NCBI GenBank assembly: GCA_031425655.1
Contig: JANPJS010000184.1
Coordinates: forward strand, 1 to 17,940
Length of the DNA stretch: 17,940 nucleotides
Direction of reading: 5' to 3'
DNA from: Abditibacteriaceae bacterium
GTDB taxonomy: Bacteria; Armatimonadota; Abditibacteriia; Abditibacteriales; Abditibacteriaceae
The notes under the pieces were generated by a model that ran no database searches, was not told the origin of the DNA, and worked only from the letters and a program-made list of their open reading frames with translations. Below, piece after piece: positions 7,874 to 15,354 of the stretch. The position numbers were made by a program, and so were the translations under genes. Positions within the stretch are counted from its first letter, which is position 1. Each line of letters starts with the position of its first letter.

Positions 7874-8125
7874 GAGTGCTGGAAATGCCTCTCCGAGTGC
7901 TGGAAATGCCTCTCCGAGTGCTGGAAATGCCTCTCCGAGTGCCGGAAATGGCTCGCCAAGTGCTGGAAATGCCTCTCCGAGTGCTGGAAATGCCTCTCCG
8001 AGTGCCGGAAATGCCTCTCCGAGTGCCGGAAATGCCTCTCCGAGTGCCGGAAATGCCTCTCCGAGTGCTGAAAATGCCTATCCGAGTGCTGAAAATGCCT
8101 CTCCGAGTGCCCACAATGGCTCTCT
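7874..8125. repeat. 21-bp tandem repeat, 11 full units plus 1 degenerate (consensus GAGTGCYGGAAATGCCTCTCC)
   Basis: Units start at 7874, 7895, 7916, 7937, 7958, 7979, 8000, 8021, 8042, 8063, 8084 and 8105, with no spacers. Confidence 0.97.
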
Positions 8126-8181
8126 GGGTCGTTATTACGACAAGGCAAGCCTTGTCGCTACGAGGGCGGGGCGCGTTTTAC

Positions 8182-8222
8182 AAAAAAACACCGGCACGAA
8201 TGAAGACATTCGTGCCGGTGTT
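8182..8222 (-). terminator. Rho-independent terminator after rplY
   Basis: 16-bp stem (8187-8202/8207-8222) with a 4-nt loop, running into a 7-U tract on the minus strand, 15 bp after the rplY stop. Confidence 0.85.
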
Positions 8223-8237
8223 GAAGCGCAAAACGGG

Positions 8238-8897
8238 TTATTTGCCGTCTTTGTCTTTGTCCTGCTCTTCGGCGGCGTCGGCGGCTTGTTCGATGGCTTC
8301 CACATCAGCCGGGTCCATCGGTTCTTCGACAATCGGCTCGACATCCGGCGCGTTGACCACGGCGACCGATTCTTCGGGGTCGGTCACAGCCGTGATGCCT
8401 TCGGGCATAACAATCTGGCCGACGTGAATCGGGGCGCCGTTGAGAATCAATTCCGAAACGTCCACTTCGATGGATTCGGGCAGGTTGCCGGGCAAAGCGC
8501 GAATGTGTAACTCGTGCATCGCCTGCACCAAAATGCCGCCTTCCTTGACGCCAATCGGGTCGCCTTTGAGGACAATCGGAATCGTGGCTTCGATCTCTTC
8601 GGTCAGCGAAACGCGCATGAAATCAATGGATTGCGGCTTGTGCGAAACCGGGTGGCGCTGCACCGATTTAATGATGACGGGCAGGGCGGTGCCGTCCTCG
8701 AACTTGAGGCTGAGCAAGCCGCGCGAGTGATGATGGGCCATCATATCCCAGACATCTTTGGCGCCGACCGTGAGGGAAACCGGCGCTTCTTTGCGGCCAT
8801 AAGCCACGGCGGGCACTTTTCCGGCGGTTCGCAGCGTGCGTGCGGCGCTTTTGCCGGTCGTGCTGCGTTTTTCTGCGTTTAAATCGTAAGCTGACAT
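8238..8897 (-). CDS. rplY: 50S ribosomal protein bL25 / general stress protein Ctc (long form, acidic tail)
   Basis: GKSAARTLR..GKVPAVAYG, VQRHPV....IDF, GVKEGG and LPESIEVDVS motifs. AGGAG SD. Follows prs. Confidence 0.95.
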   Translation of the reverse strand: MSAYDLNAEKRSTTGKSAARTLRTAGKVPAVAYGRKEAPVSLTVGAKDVWDMMAHHHSRGLLSLKFEDGTALPVIIKSVQRHPVSHKPQSIDFMRVSLTEEIEATIPIVLKGDPIGVKEGGILVQAMHELHIRALPGNLPESIEVDVSELILNGAPIHVGQIVMPEGITAVTDPEESVAVVNAPDVEPIVEEPMDPADVEAIEQAADAAEEQDKDKDGK

Positions 8898-8929
8898 CGT
8901 TTTCTCCTGTTTAACCTGCCGTGCAGGTT

Positions 8930-9916
8930 CTATCCACTGCCATCGAACATGGTGCTGACCGAATCATCGGTATAAATGCGGCGAATCGCATCGGCGCAAA
9001 CCTCGGCGACTGTTAGCACAGTAAGCTTATCAGTCATGCGGTGGGCTTCGATGGGAATCGTATCGGTGACGATCAATTCCTCAATCGCGGAATCCTGAAT
9101 GCGCTGAATCGCCTCGCCGCTGAGAACTCCGTGCGTGGCGCAAGCATAAATCGCTTTGGCGCCGCGCTGCGTCAGTTCCTGCGCCGCCGCGACGAAAGTG
9201 CCGCCGGAATCAATTAAATCGTCGGTGAGGACGCAAATCTGGCCTTTGATGTCGCCTATTACATCAATGACCTTCACTTTTCCCGGCTCCGGGCGCCGCT
9301 TGGCGACAATCGCCAGATGCGCGCCCAATCGTTCGGCCATCAGCGTGGCGCGCTGCACGCCGCCAACGTCCGGCGAAACCACGGTCACGCCGCCGTCGCA
9401 GATGCCTTTTGCCTTCAAGTAGCTCGAAATAATCGGCTGCGCCGGCAAATGATCCACGGGGCGGTCGAAAAAGCCTTGAATCTGCCCGGCGTGCAGGTCA
9501 ATGGCGAAAATGCGGTCGGCGCCCGCCACGGTAATCATGTCGGCGACCAACTTGGCGGTAATCGGTTCGCGCGGACGCACTTTTTTATCTTGCCGCGCAT
9601 AGCCGAAATACGGCATGATCGGCACGATGCGCCGCGCGCTGGCTCGCTTGAAGGCATCGCACATGATGAGCAATTCCATCAAAGTGTCGTTGGCCGGAGC
9701 GCAGGTCGGCTGGATGATGAACACGTCGCAGCCGCGAATGCTTTCGTCTATCGCGCAACGCATTTCGCCATCCATGAAGCGCGTGATGAGCATATCGCCG
9801 AGAGGATGCCCCAGACAATCGGCGATGTCGCGCGCGAGTTTCGGGTTGGCGCTCCCGGTGAAAATCTTCAAGCCGTGCGTCGGCTGAAGCGGCGCGCTAT
9901 GACTGGGAATCTGCAT
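8930..9916 (-). CDS. prs: Ribose-phosphate pyrophosphokinase
   Basis: FMDGE, PYFGYARQDKK, DLHAGQIQGFF, VVSPDVGG, DDLIDSGGT and ATHGVLSG motifs. Confidence 0.97.
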   Translation of the reverse strand: MQIPSHSAPLQPTHGLKIFTGSANPKLARDIADCLGHPLGDMLITRFMDGEMRCAIDESIRGCDVFIIQPTCAPANDTLMELLIMCDAFKRASARRIVPIMPYFGYARQDKKVRPREPITAKLVADMITVAGADRIFAIDLHAGQIQGFFDRPVDHLPAQPIISSYLKAKGICDGGVTVVSPDVGGVQRATLMAERLGAHLAIVAKRRPEPGKVKVIDVIGDIKGQICVLTDDLIDSGGTFVAAAQELTQRGAKAIYACATHGVLSGEAIQRIQDSAIEELIVTDTIPIEAHRMTDKLTVLTVAEVCADAIRRIYTDDSVSTMFDGSG

Positions 9917-10682
9917 CCGAGGCCGTTCCTTCGGCTGTTACGCATTTGCCTTCGCTCCGCAACTGCGCTTCAAGTTCAAGCAATTGTTCGCGCGTATTGA
10001 TGCCGATCATTTCGCGCTCTTCGATAAACACGGCGTCCACGCGCTGACCATCGTTGGCCAAAAAGCCAACCACGTCGGTCAGATAAAATTCGCCCGCCTT
10101 ATTATTGCTGGTCAGCTTCGCCAGTTGCGGCCACAAAGCCTTGCTGTCGAAGCAATAAGTGCCGGCGTTGACGTTGCGAACCGCCAAAACTTCCGGCGAA
10201 GCGTCTTTGGCCTCGACGATTTGCAGCACACGATTGTCGTCGTCGCACAGCACGCGCCCGTAACTGGCGGGATTCTCGATTTGCGCGACGAGCATCGAAG
10301 CCGCGCTGCCATTATCGCGGCGCGTTTGAATCAAGCGGCGCAGCGTTTCGGATGTCAGCAGCGGCACATCGCCGCAGGTCACGATGACATCGCCCTCGAA
10401 GCCTTGCAAAGCCGGCACCGCGCGGCGCACAGCATCGCCGGTGCCGAGCATTTCGCTTTGCAACACAAATTCGATATTGGGAAAAGTGGCGTTGACCGTC
10501 GCTTCGACGGCTTCGGCCTGATGACCGACCACAACAAGCGTGCGATCAGGCTGCAAAGCCAGCACAGTTTCCAGCGCCCACGCGACGAGCGGCTTGTCGC
10601 ACAAAGGATGCAGCACTTTGGCAAGCTCGCTTTTCATGCGAGTGCCTTTGCCGGCGGCTAAAATGACGATTGCAAGTGACAT
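9897..10682 (-). CDS. glmU: GlmU-like uridyltransferase, N-terminal nucleotidyltransferase domain only (261 aa)
   Basis: ILAAGKGTRMKS, LGTGDAV, GDVPLL, YGRV, IVEAKDA, NAGTYCF, GEFYLTD and GINTR motifs. The ORF ends before any hexapeptide acetyltransferase domain and overlaps the prs start. Confidence 0.85.
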   Translation of the reverse strand: MSLAIVILAAGKGTRMKSELAKVLHPLCDKPLVAWALETVLALQPDRTLVVVGHQAEAVEATVNATFPNIEFVLQSEMLGTGDAVRRAVPALQGFEGDVIVTCGDVPLLTSETLRRLIQTRRDNGSAASMLVAQIENPASYGRVLCDDDNRVLQIVEAKDASPEVLAVRNVNAGTYCFDSKALWPQLAKLTSNNKAGEFYLTDVVGFLANDGQRVDAVFIEEREMIGINTREQLLELEAQLRSEGKCVTAEGTASDADSQS

Positions 10683-10690
10683 AAAAACAA

Positions 10691-10764
10691 AAAGTTTTGA
10701 GTTTTACGTTTTGAGTTTTAAGTTGTACTCAACTCAAAACTCAAAACTTAAAACTCAAAACTTT
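10691..10764. repeat. Inverted array of heptamer repeats (GTTTTGA)n ... (TCAAAAC)n
   Basis: Left arm 10691-10725 pairs with right arm 10730-10764. Same family as 13073-13143. Confidence 0.9.
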
Positions 10765-10768
10765 GTTA

Positions 10769-10840
10769 CTGGGCCGGGAGGATTCGAACCTCCGAATGCC
10801 GGATCCAAAGACCGGTGCCTTACCACTTGGCGACGGCCCA
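10769..10840 (-). tRNA. tRNA-Gln (anticodon UUG), CCA not encoded
   Basis: Minus strand reads TGGGCCG TC GCCAAGTGGTAAGGC A CCGGT-CTTTGGA-TCCGG CATTC GGAGG-TTCGAAT-CCTCC CGGCCCA G: full cloverleaf with the U1-A72 pair typical of Gln. Confidence 0.96.
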
Positions 10841-10883
10841 AAAACCGCTGTGATGCGCGGGTGAAACACTCGGCGCCCTAAAA

Positions 10884-10912
10884 ATTCTACAACGCGCGGC
10901 GCCGCGCGGCAA
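10884..10912 (-). promoter_or_regulatory. Putative sigma70-type promoter for tRNA-Gln/glmU-prs-rplY
   Basis: Minus strand TTGCCG - 17 bp - TAGAAT, ending about 43 bp upstream of the tRNA. Confidence 0.6.
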
Positions 10913-10940
10913 CACCCGCAAACGTAAGTCCTCTCAGGAA

Positions 10941-10969
10941 TTGCCGAAAAAGGCGATTTTTGGTAAAAT
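10941..10969 (+). promoter_or_regulatory. Putative sigma70-type promoter (extended -10) for the HEAT-repeat gene/smpB
   Basis: TTGCCG (10941-10946) - 17 bp - TAAAAT (10964-10969), preceded by TGn. Confidence 0.65.
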
Positions 10970-11017
10970 TCAAGTCCGTTAACCGGCATAGTTTGCCACC
11001 CTCAGGAGCTGTTTGAA

Positions 11018-12520
11018 ATGCCTTCGGCCAAAATCCCCGCCCCCCCATTAGAAAAAAGCGACAAAGTCCTCACTGCCAAAGAATCCCGCCTTCAGGAACT
11101 ATTAGTTGAACTCGAAGGCAAAAGTGAAACCACGCAGCGCCCGATCATTGACGAAATCGTGCTCATGGGCGCGCCCGTCATCAAAACGCTGTCCAGAGCG
11201 CTCAACGCCGGCTCGACTTTTCAAGTGCGCATGGCTTCGGCCACGGCGCTTGGCGAATTGGGCAACGAAAAATGCGTTATGCCGCTGGTGACCGCTTTAG
11301 CCGATTCGTCGCTGAACGTGCAGCGCGCTGCGGCTCATTCGCTTTCGCTTTTGGGCGAACCGGCCATTGATCCGTTGCTGGAATCGCTGAAATCGCCGGA
11401 AGACAGCGTGCGCCGCTGGGCTTCGGAAGTGTTGGGCAAACTCGGTCGCCGCTCGGTGGCCGACGAACTCATCGAGCGTTTGCCGACCGAAGCCATTGAC
11501 GTGCAAAAAGCCATCGTCATCGCGCTGGGCGAACTCGGCTCGGTCAAAGCGACCGTGCCGCTGATTGGCTTTTTGAATAACGAAAACATTGATTTGGTGC
11601 GCTTCGCCGCCGAATCGCTGGGCAAACTGCGCGACAAACGCAGTATTGACCGCCTGATTGAGTGCCTCGATTCGCCTTCGATTGATGTGCGAAAAGCCTC
11701 CGCTGACGCCCTTGTGCAAATCGGCCCGCCTGCGGTTCCCGCGCTGACGGAATCGCTCAAGCATTCCAATCACAACGTGCGCCGCTGGGTGGCCGAATCG
11801 TTGGGCGCCATTGCCGACAAGCGCGCTATTGACCCGCTGGTTGAAGCATTGTCGGATGAAAACGTGCGCGTGCGCCGCTATGCCGCGTTGGCTTTGGGCC
11901 AAATCGGCGACGCGCGAGCCGCGAAGCATTTGCAATCGCTGCTCAGCGATCCGATTCAGGACGTGCGTTATTCGGCGGTCAAAGCCGTTGCCGGCATCGG
12001 TGGCGCCGCGAGTCTTGGCCCTTTGACGACGGCACTCAGCGATCCCGATTGGGTGGTGCGTTTGGCCGCCGCGCAAGGTTTGGGTTCGCTCGCCGACCGC
12101 AAAGCGGTGCCGGCTTTGTGCGATGCGCTCAAAGACCGCGAGTGGAGCGTGCGCTATCACGCCGCGCTGTCGCTGGGCGACATCGGCGACTTGGAATCCG
12201 TCATTCCGCTGATCAAAGCGCTCACCGACGAGCGCGAATCGGTGCGGCGCGGCGTTGTCGAAACGCTGGGACGTTTGGGCGACAAACGCGCGGTTCCGGC
12301 TCTTGAGCGCCAGCGCAAATTGGACGAACATTTGGTCACGGCGATGATTGATTCGGTTTTGCCGTCGCTGCGCCGGGGCCGCAAAGTGGAGCCACGCCCG
12401 GAAAATCGCTATATGCCGCAGCCAATTATCAACGGCGCGACGATCAAGCCCAAAGCCGCAATTCAAGCCGCCAAAGTCGCCGCCGCGCACAACATCGCGC
12501 ATCAAGCCGAGCAAGGGTAA
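11018..12520 (+). CDS. HEAT-repeat (PBS lyase HEAT-like) protein, 500 aa
   Basis: About 13-14 repeats, mostly ~31 aa, of type L..AL.D....VR..AA.ALG.IGD..A. AGGAG SD upstream. Confidence 0.93.
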   Translation: MPSAKIPAPPLEKSDKVLTAKESRLQELLVELEGKSETTQRPIIDEIVLMGAPVIKTLSRALNAGSTFQVRMASATALGELGNEKCVMPLVTALADSSLNVQRAAAHSLSLLGEPAIDPLLESLKSPEDSVRRWASEVLGKLGRRSVADELIERLPTEAIDVQKAIVIALGELGSVKATVPLIGFLNNENIDLVRFAAESLGKLRDKRSIDRLIECLDSPSIDVRKASADALVQIGPPAVPALTESLKHSNHNVRRWVAESLGAIADKRAIDPLVEALSDENVRVRRYAALALGQIGDARAAKHLQSLLSDPIQDVRYSAVKAVAGIGGAASLGPLTTALSDPDWVVRLAAAQGLGSLADRKAVPALCDALKDREWSVRYHAALSLGDIGDLESVIPLIKALTDERESVRRGVVETLGRLGDKRAVPALERQRKLDEHLVTAMIDSVLPSLRRGRKVEPRPENRYMPQPIINGATIKPKAAIQAAKVAAAHNIAHQAEQG

Positions 12521-12522
12521 TT

Positions 12523-12593
12523 CGAGTGACGAATGACGAGTGACGAGTGCGGAGTGAAAACTACTCGTCATTCGTCACTCGTCACTCGTCACT
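12523..12593. repeat. Inverted array of heptamer repeats (GAGTGAC)n ... (GTCACTC)n
   Basis: cgagtgacgaatgacgagtgacgagt ... actcgtcattcgtcactcgtcactcgtcact fills the gap between the HEAT gene and smpB. Confidence 0.9.
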
Positions 12594-12597
12594 TTAA

Positions 12598-13074
12598 ATG
12601 TCTGACAAAAAGCCAAAATTAGGTGACGAAACCGTCGCGGTCAACCGGCGCGGGCGTTTTAACTACGAAATCGAGGACTCGGTCGAAGCCGGCTTGGTGC
12701 TGACAGGCACGGAAGTCAAAAGCCTGCGACAAGGTCAGGCGCAAATCGCCGAAGCGTATGCGTCCATCGAAAAAGGCCCGCAAAACCGGCCCGAAGTCTG
12801 GCTGGTCGGGATGCACGTTCCGCACTACGAGCAAGGCAATTCGTTCAACGTCGAGCCGCGCCGCAAACGCAAATTGCTGCTGCGCCGCGAGCAAATCGAG
12901 CGATTGCAAAGCCGCGTGCAGCAAAAAGGCTATACGTTGGTGCCGCTCAAGCTTTATTTCACGCGCGGACGCGCCAAACTCGAACTCGGCGTCGGCAAAG
13001 GCCGCAAATCGCACGACAAACGCGAAGCCATCACCGCCAGAGAAATCAAACGCGACCTGCGGCGCGAGTTATAA
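12598..13074 (+). CDS. smpB: SsrA-binding protein
   Basis: [44 protein letters not shown] and [11 protein letters not shown] motifs. Confidence 0.97.
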   Translation: MSDKKPKLGDETVAVNRRGRFNYEIEDSVEAGLVLTGTEVKSLRQGQAQIAEAYASIEKGPQNRPEVWLVGMHVPHYEQGNSFNVEPRRKRKLLLRREQIERLQSRVQQKGYTLVPLKLYFTRGRAKLELGVGKGRKSHDKREAITAREIKRDLRREL

Positions 13075-13143
13075 GTTTTGAATTTTAAGTTTTGAGTTGG
13101 ACAATCCGTTAACTCAAAACTCAAAACTCAAAACTCAAAACTT
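13073..13143. repeat. Inverted heptamer array (GTTTTGA)n ... (CTCAAAA)n, second copy
   Basis: aagttttgaattttaagttttgagtt ... aactcaaaactcaaaactcaaaactcaaaactt fills the gap between smpB and the DUF58 gene. Confidence 0.9.
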
Positions 13144-13145
13144 TT

Positions 13146-14597
13146 ATGATTACTTCGCGCGCTTATCTGGTGGGCGTGATGGGGTTTTGTTTTTACCTCA
13201 TTCTGCTTTTCAACACGAATCTGCCCAGCCAGTTTTACGTGCTGTCGTGGCTGTCGGTGGGCGTTTTGGTTTCGTCGCTCGGCGTGGCATTGTTGACGCT
13301 GCTCGGTCTCGAATGCGAGTGGCACATTGCGAAATCGCACGTCGCCGAGGACGTGGAAAAAGCCGATGATGTCGGCGGCGGGCCAACTCTGCAATTCAAA
13401 TTCGCCAACAGCGGCTCGTTCAATAAAACCGATTTGCTGATCGAAGCGCAACTGCTCGCGCCGCGCCGCGATGAAATTATCACGCGCCAATTTCTCATTG
13501 AGGCGCTGCCTTCGCTGTCCAGTTTAATCTGCGAATTGCCATTGACCGATTTGCCGCGCGGACGCTATCGCTTGCAAAGCCTGACGATTCACGGCGGCGA
13601 CGTGTTGGGTTTGTATCGTGTGCGCCGCAAGCTGTCTTTGGCCGGACGCACCGATTTGCAAGATTTGATCGTCGAGCCGGCAGCGGCAGCGTTGCCGCTC
13701 GAAGGCGGCAGCGGAAACACGCACGGCGCGGCGGCGCGGGCGGCGCGCGGACAGGGACACGGCGATGATTTTCGCGGCACGCGGCTTTATGTGCCCGGCG
13801 ACGATTTGCGGACTGTGCATTGGAAATCTACCGCCCGTTTGGGACAGCTCGTGGTCAGGGAATTTCATCACCGCGAACAAGTTCAGCGCCTCATCATCTG
13901 GGACGGCGGCGAAAGCCCGCTCGAAGCGACCGAATTATCGCTGCGGTTGACGATGTCGCTCTGCCGCGCTTTAGCCGAGCGTGGACGCGCGTGCGGCCTT
14001 TTGCGTTTGGATGCGCATCCGCTTTATTTGCCGGCGGCGCGCGGACAAAACGGGGGCAGCCTCAGTCTGGTTGGCGAAGCGTTGGCTGACGCTGACGCTT
14101 CGCGCGAAAGCGAATTAGATGCGGCGTGCGGCGTGTTTTTACGGCATTTGAACGGTGCCGGCGAAGTGATTTTAGTGACGACACAAGCCGGAGATGATGT
14201 GCTGCGCGCCGCGATTTTGCTGCGCTCACACGGCGCGCAGGTGACAATAGCGATGGTTAATGCCGCGTTGGTCGGCGGCGAAGCATCGCTTCCCGCCGAA
14301 CGCGCCGTCGAAGCGTTTTCGCCGATAAAATACGCCTTCAGTGGACGCCGCGAACGCCGTCATTTGGCGCGAGATCGCACTACGCGCCGCACGAAAAGTG
14401 CAGTTCCGACGGATTACGCAGCGCAAGCCCAAGTCTTGCGCCATGCCGGCTTTACGGTCGCGCTGACTCCGAGCGAAGCGCCCGGCGAATGGTCGGGCGC
14501 CACGCAGATGGCGCTCTTACGCGCCGCTGTGCGCGAAGTTGTCGAGCCGCAGCGTCGAACGAGTTCACAGCCGACGAAAAGTGTTAGTCTGCGCTGA
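13146..14597 (+). CDS. DUF58 domain membrane protein
   Basis: Two N-terminal TM helices, RGRYRL...GDVLGL, and the DUF58 core GDDFRGTRLYVPGDDLRTVHWKSTARLGQLVVREF. Confidence 0.9.
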   Translation: MITSRAYLVGVMGFCFYLILLFNTNLPSQFYVLSWLSVGVLVSSLGVALLTLLGLECEWHIAKSHVAEDVEKADDVGGGPTLQFKFANSGSFNKTDLLIEAQLLAPRRDEIITRQFLIEALPSLSSLICELPLTDLPRGRYRLQSLTIHGGDVLGLYRVRRKLSLAGRTDLQDLIVEPAAAALPLEGGSGNTHGAAARAARGQGHGDDFRGTRLYVPGDDLRTVHWKSTARLGQLVVREFHHREQVQRLIIWDGGESPLEATELSLRLTMSLCRALAERGRACGLLRLDAHPLYLPAARGQNGGSLSLVGEALADADASRESELDAACGVFLRHLNGAGEVILVTTQAGDDVLRAAILLRSHGAQVTIAMVNAALVGGEASLPAERAVEAFSPIKYAFSGRRERRHLARDRTTRRTKSAVPTDYAAQAQVLRHAGFTVALTPSEAPGEWSGATQMALLRAAVREVVEPQRRTSSQPTKSVSLR

Positions 14598-14880
14598 CAC
14601 CTTGAGCCGGGAATGGCAACTTTTCAATTATGTCGTTCGCCCGACTTTGAAAAACCCGGCAGGGAGGCCTGCGGCCCAGCGTCCTCAGGACGCATGAGAG
14701 TCTGTAAAGAAAGAGATAGCCAGAAACAGGGCGGATGTCATTCTGAGGGAGCCTTGGCGACTGAAGAATCCCCTTTTGTTTGAGAAAAATCAAGTTTTAG
14801 AGAGCGGACGGCTTCACCAAAATCTAATCGTGGTGGCGCGTTATCAATATACCAACGCTTTGCATTAGGCCCGAAATACT

Positions 14881-15195
14881 TTAAACCCATAATTTCCCCA
14901 TCTCCTTAACTAAATCCCAACACCCGCACTCAACTACTGATACCGCTACTTCTTCGTCTCTTACCTTCCAATTAGTGTAGGAGCTACAGCTACGTATACC
15001 GCCAGCCATTTGCTTTATTAACTTCTCTTTATCTTCATCATTTAATGAAGTATTGGTTAGCTCACAAGCTTTGTTATACATTAAGTTAGCCCACTCTAAT
15101 GCTTTAAATTCTTGAACTGTTTCGTCTATAATCTCGATTTCATCAATCATGTAATCAACGATTCTTTCCACTACTTCTTCTTCTCTTTTGCTCAT
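14881..15195 (-). CDS. Orphan acidic 104-aa protein (MSKREEEVVERIVDYMIDEIEII...CGCWDLVKEMGKLWV), probably leaderless
   Basis: C-terminal part of track ORF 14881..15684, taken from the ATG at 15195. About 37% GC by hand count (116/315) with A/T-ending codons. TATAAT lies 6 nt before the ATG. Confidence 0.75.
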   Translation of the reverse strand: MSKREEEVVERIVDYMIDEIEIIDETVQEFKALEWANLMYNKACELTNTSLNDEDKEKLIKQMAGGIRSCSSYTNWKVRDEEVAVSVVECGCWDLVKEMGKLWV

Positions 15196-15201
15196 ACCTA
15201 T

Positions 15202-15230
15202 ATTATATAAAACAATGGGGGATTCTTCAG
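15202..15230 (-). promoter_or_regulatory. Putative promoter for the cassette ORF
   Basis: Minus strand CTGAAG (weak -35, inside the inner repeat) - 17 bp - perfect TATAAT (15207-15202) - ATAGGT - ATG. Confidence 0.6.
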
Positions 15231-15354
15231 TCGCCAAGGCTCCCTCAGAATGACAAAACTTCACTTTTTGCCTGTGATTCTTTTTTTTTACACACGAGGA
15301 CGCTGGGCCGTAGGCCTCCCTGCCGTGGGGTTTTAACCCCCGGAACCTTCTTTT

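Larger units (their letters stand above)
14651..15334. mobile_element. Putative non-autonomous cassette bounded by nested terminal inverted repeats and carrying an AT-rich ORF
   Basis: Outer IR 14657-14686/15296-15325 matches at 29/30. Inner IR 14736-14773/15218-15255 matches at 38/38. The interior is AT-rich. No transposase is present. Confidence 0.7.

Noticed and set aside
7874..8125. CRISPR array
   Set aside because: Units are directly abutting 21-mers with no unique spacers, and no cas genes are present.
7876..8427. Plus-strand ORF (LEMPLRV)n and minus-strand ORF 7860..8114 (STRRGIS)n
   Set aside because: They are open only because the 21-mer lacks stops. The plus ORF also runs antisense through the terminator and rplY.
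10769..10840. tRNA as an integration site; U-U mismatch at the base of the anticodon stem
   Set aside because: No integrase or duplicated tRNA 3' end is present in the window, and a 31-39 mismatch is a tolerated tRNA variant.
11297..12571. Long antisense ORFs (424 aa here; also 723..1469, 1643..2290, 5847..6470, 9317..10000, 9984..10661)
   Set aside because: These are shadow ORFs typical of high-GC coding DNA, opposite well-supported genes, with no recognisable motifs.
12521..13145. tmRNA (ssrA) next to smpB
   Set aside because: Both flanking gaps are only ~70 bp and are filled by heptamer arrays, with no tRNA-like ends.
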